64,000 nt of DNA from the human T2T-CHM13v2.0 reference genome, Homo sapiens, in NCBI RefSeq assembly GCF_009914755.1, contig NC_060945.1; one strand, 5' to 3'. The position numbers and the translations under genes are program-made. Shown here piece after piece: positions 56,798 through 64,000 of the stretch (positions are counted from its first letter, which is position 1; each line of letters begins with the position of its first letter). The notes under the pieces were generated by a model that did no database searches, had not been told where the DNA came from, and saw only the letters and a list, made by a program, of their open reading frames with translations.

Positions 56798-57332
56798 GTG
56801 TTTAAACTGTTTGATGACTAAAGATTGCAGCAGCAGTAGATTATAATATGTTAATTTCAAGAAGCTGTAGACTTTATAAGTATAATTTATTGTTTTGTAT
56901 TTTTATTACTTTATTTATATCATAATTTGATCAAGCAAAACAAATTTAAATTTTCATTTCAAAATTGATAATAAAATGGAAGGAATAGGATTAAATGACA
57001 GGAAGGATAGAAAAGGCAAAATGGAGGTCAACTAGGGCTTAAATTTATTTTTGGCAAAATGAAACAATTTTCTGATTCAAAGAAATGTCCCTCATGGGAA
57101 CATCTTTTGCCTTTTGTCTTTTCATTATAGAATCATAGAATCTTAGAGCCAGTTGGGCCCACAGAGATTACCAGGTGAGTGCTAGAGAAAGAAGGGTAAA
57201 GCATTGGTGATAGGTTCATGTTCCTTCTTACTGCAGCCTGTTAGTCTGAGTGCTATAATACATATGACTTAATTATGGAAAATCTATAGTTAATTATAGC
57301 ATTAATTATAGCATAGAAATAATCTGAAAATT

Positions 57333-57645
57333 GGCCGGGCGCGGTGGCTCATGCCTGTAATCCCAGCACTTTGGGAGGCCAAGACGGGTGGATCACAAGG
57401 TCAGGAGATGGAGACCATCCTGGCTAACACAGTGAAACTCCATCTCTACTAAAAATACAAAAAAAAAAAAAAATTAGCCAGGCGTTGTGGCGGGTGTCTG
57501 TAGTCCCAGCTACTCAGGAGGCTGAGGCAGGAGAAAGGCATGAACCTAGGGGGCAGAGCTTGCAGTGAGCGGAGATCGTGCCACTGCACTCTGGCCTGGG
57601 TGAAAGAGCAAGACTCCATCTCAAAAAAAAAAAAAGAAAAGAAAG
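57333..57645 (+). mobile_element. AluY with TSD aatctgaaa(a)tt
   Basis: AluY diagnostics (gagaccatcctggctaacac, gcagagcttgcagtgagc) and a flanking repeat. Confidence 0.95.
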
Positions 57646-57659
57646 AATCTGAAATTATA

Positions 57660-59250
57660 CATAGCAACACATGGAAGTTGATTTGAAAAGTTGTCCGTTT
57701 TGAACTAGGACTCCCTGGAGAACTGGCTGACTCAAGGGCTAGGGAAGGGAAAATGCATGATGAACCTGGAGGACCTTGTGTTGCCAGAAAGTAAGGGGTC
57801 AGGGAACAGGCCTGACAAAGCAACATGCAGCCAACCTGAAAGAGCTCCCAGTGGCCAAAGCTGGAAAACTTTGAACAACAAAATTAATAAAAATACTACT
57901 GAGTTATAACCCAAAGAAAAAAGTAAATATCTGTGAGTTTATACTGATAAAAATAAATGGTTAAATACATAATAACTGAAGAAGTGAAAAAAATCTTCCT
58001 TGTGGAAGATTTCCAAATAGTAAACATAAAAGAAAGGAGGGAAATGGAAGACACCACTTGATGTGGTTTGGCTGTGTCCCCACTCAAATCTTGTCTTGAA
58101 TTGTAGCTCCCATAATCCCCACCTGGCCTGGGAGGTACCCAGTGGGAGGTAATTGAATCATGGCTCTGATTTTTTCCCATGCTGTTCTGGTGATAGTGAA
58201 TAAATCTCATGAGATCTGATGGTTTATAAAGGGCAGTTCCCCTCCACATGCTCTCTTGCTTACCACCATACAAGATGTGCCTTTGCTCTATCTTTGCCTT
58301 CCACCATGATTGTGAGGCCTCCCCAGTCCTGTGGAACTGTGAGTCCATTAAACATCTTTTTCTTTATAAATTACCCAGTCTCCCATATGTCTTTGTTAGC
58401 AGTGTAAGAATGGACTAATACACCACTAGAATACCACAGTAATAGTCGCCATAGGAAAGATTCATGGATGACTGCTGAAATTAGTGTCTGAAACATAAGG
58501 AAGAAACAGGATATTTGAATAACCTCAAATATCTGTGGCCAAAGATTTATTAATTACTGTACTGAATTTAACATATATCCACAAATTCTTTCATAGTTTT
58601 TCCTCCAGCAGGTGGAGTTTAATTTCCCTCCTTATGAAAGTAAGCTGGATTTAGTGCCTTGCTTGTAATAAATAGAGTTTTGGAAAAGTAAAAATAGTGA
58701 CCCTACAGTGAAAAAATCTGAAAGATTTGGCCTTATCCAAGTGATGGAGGTGAGCATCACCAGTGATAAGTAGTGTTGATGTCAAGCATCCCTGGAAATG
58801 ATGCAATGAGAAGGACATCACCACTGTGTTACCTTACCCCCAAATCCAGAATGCCAGTGCAATCTAGAGAAAAAATCCGCAATTGAGGAGCATTCTACAA
58901 AATACCTGACTAATACTCTTCAAAAGTGTCAAGTTCATGAGTAACAAGGGAAGACAGTGACGCTGTCACGGATTGGCAGAGACTAAGAAGACATAACAGA
59001 TGAATGCAACGTGGTATTCTGGATTGGATCCTTGAATAGGAAAAGGGCATTATTGGAAAAACTGTCAAAAAGCCAAATAAAGTCCATAGTTTAGTCAATA
59101 GTGTAGCAATGTTGATTTCTTAGTTTTGATAAATGTGTCATGGTTATATAACACGCTAAAATTAGGGGAGACTGGGTGGAAGGCTCACTGGAACCCTTTA
59201 TACTATCCTTACAACTTTTCTATAAATCTTAGTATTTCAAAGTTAAGTAA
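57660..59250 (+). mobile_element. Old L1MC-type 3' UTR interrupted by the solo THE1 LTR
   Basis: Typical L1MC 3' UTR motifs (ggagcattctacaaaatacctgac, aatgcaacgtggtattctggattggatcct, aacattaggggagactgggtg-like end). Confidence 0.7.
58059..58422 (+). mobile_element. THE1B-like solo LTR
   Basis: tgatgtggtttggctgtgtcccca...ggactaataca, with a perfect 5-bp TSD ccact at 58054-58058 and 58423-58427. Confidence 0.93.
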
Positions 59251-59419
59251 AAGTGAAAAATTGTGAAGTCCCTTCTTTCTTAAAACAAATCTAGGATGCT
59301 TGTTATGTGTTAACAATTCTTGTAAATGCAAATCACTTTGGAGAACAATAAATATTACCCAGAAAAACTGACCACTTTCAATCCCCATGACCTAGCAATT
59401 TTATTGATTGTATGTTTTT

Positions 59420-60045
59420 AAAAATGTGCCTGTGCCCAATATCACTAATTAATAGGGATGCATATCGAAACCGCAACAATGTACCACTTCCCAGCCGTTA
59501 GTTTGGCTACTACTAGAAAACAAAAACAAAAACAGATATTTGAACGCTTGACACTGCTGGTGGGAATGTAAAATGGTACAGTAACAATGGAAAACAGTTT
59601 GGAGGTTCTTCAAGAAATTGAAAATAGATATATCTTGTCATTCAGCATTTTCACTTCTGGGGATATATCCAAAAGAATTGAAAGTAGGGACCTAAACAAA
59701 TGTGTGTATACGCATGTCCATAGCAGCATTACTTGCATCAGCTAAAACATGGAAGCAACCCAAAGATCCATCAGTGGAAGAATAGATAAGCAAAATGTGC
59801 TACATACATACAATGAAATATTAATCAGCATTAAGAGGCAATGAAATTCTGAGACATACTACAACATGGATAAACCTTGAAGATTTTATGCTAAGTGAAA
59901 TAAGTCAGTCACAAAATGACAAATATTCTGTGATTCCCCTCATACAATATACTTAGTAAGACTCATGGGGACAGAAAGAAGAATGATGGTTGCCAGGGGC
60001 TGGGGGAAGGCAGAATGGAGAGTTATTGTTTGAAAGGTACAGAGG
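59420..60045 (+). mobile_element. L1MA/MB 3' fragment, cut off by the younger antisense L1
   Basis: ORF2 C-terminal and 3' UTR motifs (ctggtgggaatgtaaaatggtaca, catggataaaccttgaaga..ttatgctaagtgaaataagtcagtcacaaa). Confidence 0.75.
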
Positions 60046-63000
60046 TTTTTTTTTTTTAATTATTATTATTTCAATAGTTTTGAGAAAGCAGGTGGTGTTT
60101 GGTTACATGGATAAGTTCTTGAGTGGTGATTATGAGATTTTGGTGCACCCATCACCCAAGCAGTGTACACTGTACCCAATGTACAGCCTTTTGTCCCTTA
60201 TCACCCACTTCTCCTCAAGTCCCAGAGTCCATTATGTCATTCTTACGCCTTTGCGTCCCCATAGCATAGCTTCCACTTAAAAGTCAGAACATACGATGTT
60301 TGGTTTTCCATTCCTGAGTTACATCAGTTAGAATAGTGATCTCCAACTCCATCAAGGTTGCTGCAAATACCATTATTTCATTCATTTTTATGGCTGAGTA
60401 ATGTTCCATGGTATATATATACACCACATTTTCTTAATCCACTATTGATTGATGGGCATTTGGGCTGGCTCCTTATTTTTGCAACTGTTAAATTGTGCTG
60501 CTATAAATGTGTGTGCCAGTGTCTTTTTCATATAATGACTTCTTTTCCTCTGGGTAGATACTCACAAGTGGGATTGCTGGATCAAACGGAAGTTCCACTT
60601 TTAGTTCTTTAAGGAATTTCCATACTGTTTTTCATAGTGGTTATACTAGCTTATGTTTCTACAAGCAGTGTAAAAGTGTTCCCTTTTCACAACATCCATA
60701 CCAATGTCTATAATTTTTTGATTTTTAAAATTATGGCCATTTTTGCAGGAGAAAGGTGGTATTGCATTGTGGTTTTGATTTGCATTTCCATGATAATTAG
60801 TGATGTGCATTTCTTTATATGTTTGATGGCCATTAGTATATCTTCTTTTGAAAATTGTCTGTTCATGGCCTTAGCTCACTTTTTGATGTGTTTGTTTTTA
60901 TCTTGTTGATTTGTTTGAGTTTCTTGTAGATTATGAATATTAGTCCTCTATTGGATACATAGTTTGTAGTTTGCGAATCTTTTCTCCCACTCTGTGCATT
61001 GTCTGTTTACTATGATGATTATTTCTTTTGATTTGCAGAAGGTTTTTACTTTAATTAAGTCTCATTGGTTTATCTTTGTTTTTGTTGCATTTGCTTTTGA
61101 GTTCTTGATCATTAACTTTTTGCCTAGGCCAATGTCTAGAAGAGTTTTTCCAGTGTTATCTTCTAGAATTTTTATGGTTTCAGGTCTTAGATTTAAGTCT
61201 TTGATACATTTTGAGTTGATTTTGTATAAGGTGAGAGATGAGGATTTAGTTTCATTTCTGTACATGTGGCTTGCCAATTATCCCAGCAGCATGTGTTAAT
61301 AGGGGATCCTTTCTCCATTTTATGTTTTGTTTGCTTTGTGGAAGATCAGTTGATCATAAGTATTTGGCTTTATTTCTGGGTTCTCTATTCTGTTTTATTG
61401 GTCTATGTGCTTATTTTTTCATCAGTTCTATGCTGTTTTGGTAGCTATAGCCTTGTAGTATAGCTTGAAGTGAGATAACGTGATGCCTCCAGATTCGTTC
61501 TTTTTGCTTATTTAATCTTGCTTTGGCTATATGGGCTCTTTTTTGGTTCCATATGAATTTTAGGATTGTTTTTTCTAGTTCTGTGAAAAATGATGATGGT
61601 ATTTTGATGGGAATTGCATTGAATTTATAAATTGCTTTCAGCAGAATTATCCTTTTCACAATATTGATTCTACCCAACCACGAGCATAGGATGTGTTTCC
61701 ATTTGTTTGTGTTGTCTGTGATTTCTTTCAGCAGTGTTTTGTAGTTTTCCTTGCAGAGATTTTTCACATTTTTGTTGGGTATATTCTTAAGTATTTTACT
61801 TTTTTGTAGCTGTTGTAAAAGACATTGAGTTCTTTATTTGATTCTAAGCTTGGTCATTGTTGGTGTATAGCAGTGCTACTGATTTGTGTACATTAATTTT
61901 GTACCTGAAACTTTACTGAATTCATTTATTAGATCTATGAGCTTTTGGGATGAGTCTTTAGGGTTTTCTAAGTATACCATCATGTCAGTGGCATTAGCAA
62001 CAGTTTGACTTCCTCATTACTGATTTGGATGCCTTTTGTTTACTTCTCTTGTCTAATTGCTCCGGCTAAGACTTTCAGTACTATGTTGAATACAAGTGGT
62101 GAAAGTGGGCATCCTTGTTTTGTTCCACTGATCAGAGAAAATTCTTTGAGCTTTTCCCATTCAGTATGATGTTGGCTGTGGATTTGTCATAAATGACTTT
62201 TATTACCTTAAGGTATGTCCCTCTATGCTGTTTTGCTGAGGGTTTTAATCATAAAGGGATGCTGGATTTCATCAAATGCTTTTTCTGCATCTATTGAGGT
62301 GATCATATGATTTTTGATTTTACTTCTGTTTATGTGCTGTATCACATTTTTTGACTTGCATATGTTAAACCATCCCTGTATCCCTGTTATAAAACACACT
62401 TGATCATGGTGGATTATCTTCTTGATATGCTGTTGAATTGAGTTAGATAGTATTTTGTGGAGGATTTTCACATCTATGTTCATCGGGGATATTGGTTTGT
62501 AGTTTTCTTTTTTTTTGTTATATCTTTTCCTGGTTTTGGTATTAGGGTAATGCTGGCTTCATAGAATGATTTAGAGAGGATTCCCTCTTTCTCTATCTTT
62601 TGGAATAGTTTCAGTAGGATTGGTACCAATTCTTCTTTGAATGTCTGATAGAATCCAGCTGCTCCTGGACTTGTTGTTGCTGGCAGTTTTTTTTATTGCT
62701 GTTTTAATCTTGCTACTTGTTATTGGTCTGTTCAGAGTTTCTATTTTTTTCTGGTTTAATCTAGGAGGATTATGTATTTCCAATAATTTATCCAAATCTT
62801 TTAGGTTTTCTAGTTTGTGGACATAAAGGTGTTCATAGTAGCCTTGAATGATCTTTTGTATTTCTGTGGTATTAGTTGTAACATCTCCCATTTCATTTCT
62901 AATTGAGTTTACTTGGATCTCCTCTCTTTTTCTCTTGGCTAATCTTGCTAATAGTCTCTCACTTTTGTTTATGCAAAAAGAACTAGCTTTTTGCTTCATT

Positions 63001-64000
63001 TATCTTTTGTATTGTTTTTGTTTGCTTGTTTCAATTTTATTTAGTTCTACTGTGATCCTGGTTATTTCTTTTTTTCTGCTGGGTTTGGGTTTGGTTTGTT
63101 CTGGCTTCTCTAGTTCCTTGAGGTGTGACCTTGGGTTGTTTATTTGTGCTCTTTCAGACTTTTTGATGTAGGCATTCAATGCTATGAACTTTCCTCTTAG
63201 CACCACTTTTGCTGTGTCCCAGAGATTTTGATTGGCTGTGTCACTATTATTGTTCAGTTCAAATATATTTTTTAATTTCCATTTTTATTTTATTTAACCC
63301 CAGGATCATTCAGTAACAGATTATTCAGTTTCCATGTATTTGTATAGTTTTGATGGTTCCTTTGACAGTTAATTTGTAATTTTATTCCACTGTGGTCTGA
63401 GAGAGAGTATTTTACATAATTTCAATTTTCTTAAATTAATTGAGACATGGTTTTTTTTTTTTTTTTTTTTTAGATGGAGTCTCACTCTTGTTGCCCAGGC
63501 TGGAGTGCAGTGGCATGATCTCAGCTCACTGAAACTTCCTCCGCCCAGGTTCAAGTGATTCTTCTGCCTCACCTTCCCTAGTAGCTGGGACTACAGGTGC
63601 ATGCCACTATGCCCAACTAATTGTTTTTGTATTTTTAGTAGAGACACGGTTTTGCCATGTTAGCCAGGCTGGTCTCAAACTCTTGACCTCAGGTGATCTG
63701 TCTGCCTTGGTCTCCCAAAGTGCTGGGATTACAGGTGTGAGCCACCACACCCGGCCGAGACACATTTTGTGACCTATTATATAGTCTATTTTGGAGAATG
63801 TTCCATGTGCTGAGGAGAAGAACATATATTCAGCAGTTGTCGGATAGAATGTTCTGTAAACATCTGTTAAGTCCATTTGTTCTAGGGTGTAGTTTCCCAC
63901 TGTTTCTTTGTTGACCTGTATTTATGACCTTTCTAGTGGTCAGTGGAGTACTGAAGTGCCCACTATTATAGTGTTGCTGTCTATCTAATTTCTTAGGTCT
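60046..64000 (-). mobile_element. L1PB-type LINE-1 (3' UTR plus disrupted ORF2), running off the window end
   Basis: Poly-T at 60046, then an L1PB1-like 3' end. ORF-track fragments 61411-61767, 62223-62483, 62571-62999 and 63000-63206 are L1 ORF2 RT/endonuclease pieces (e.g. [38 protein letters not shown]). Confidence 0.93.
63451..63756 (-). mobile_element. Alu (AluS) inserted in L1 ORF2
   Basis: Full dimer flanked by gagaca. Confidence 0.95.

Noticed and set aside
60600-63960. Reverse transcriptase/endonuclease-like ORFs as an active or novel RT system
   Set aside because: Ordinary old L1 ORF2, broken by stops, frameshifts and an Alu insertion.

Overview
Primate (very probably human) genomic DNA with no intact protein-coding gene. 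It reads as a pericentromeric-type segmental-duplication mosaic of blocks with different composition. (A) 1-~15.4 kb: an Alu-dense, AT-rich, unprocessed NCOR1 pseudogene fragment. It has the first coding exon at 1365-1542 and the DPAFGGK...KKKQ exon at 11537-11719 with an in-frame TGA; the two exons between them are missing. (B) ~15.4-29.1 kb: a MIR/L2-rich block carrying a much more decayed barttin (BSND) exon-1 remnant at 16933-17115. (C) 29.15-31.13 kb: a degenerate 18-19-bp CAGGTGGACATCAGG minisatellite with an internal inversion. (D) 31.1-39.1 kb: an AT-rich block with an isolated CpG island and ERVL/L1 remnants. (E) 39.1-44.8 kb: a second MIR-rich block. (F) 44.8-45.76 kb: a FAM27D/E-like segment cut off by a minus-strand SVA that carries an apparent 3' transduction and has no target-site duplication. 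(G) 47.4-64 kb: an AT-rich block with 34-bp and 46-bp VNTRs, a full-length THE1 MaLR inside a MER20, a solo THE1 LTR and a long L1PB-type LINE. Most ORFs in the supplied track are Alu, LTR, L1 or simple-repeat artefacts. Gene and repeat identities come from remembered sequences, not a database search. The chromosome copy (which NCOR1P/BSNDP/FAM27 paralog) cannot be fixed from the window alone. I do not see a novel protein-coding system; the interesting signals are structural and evolutionary.
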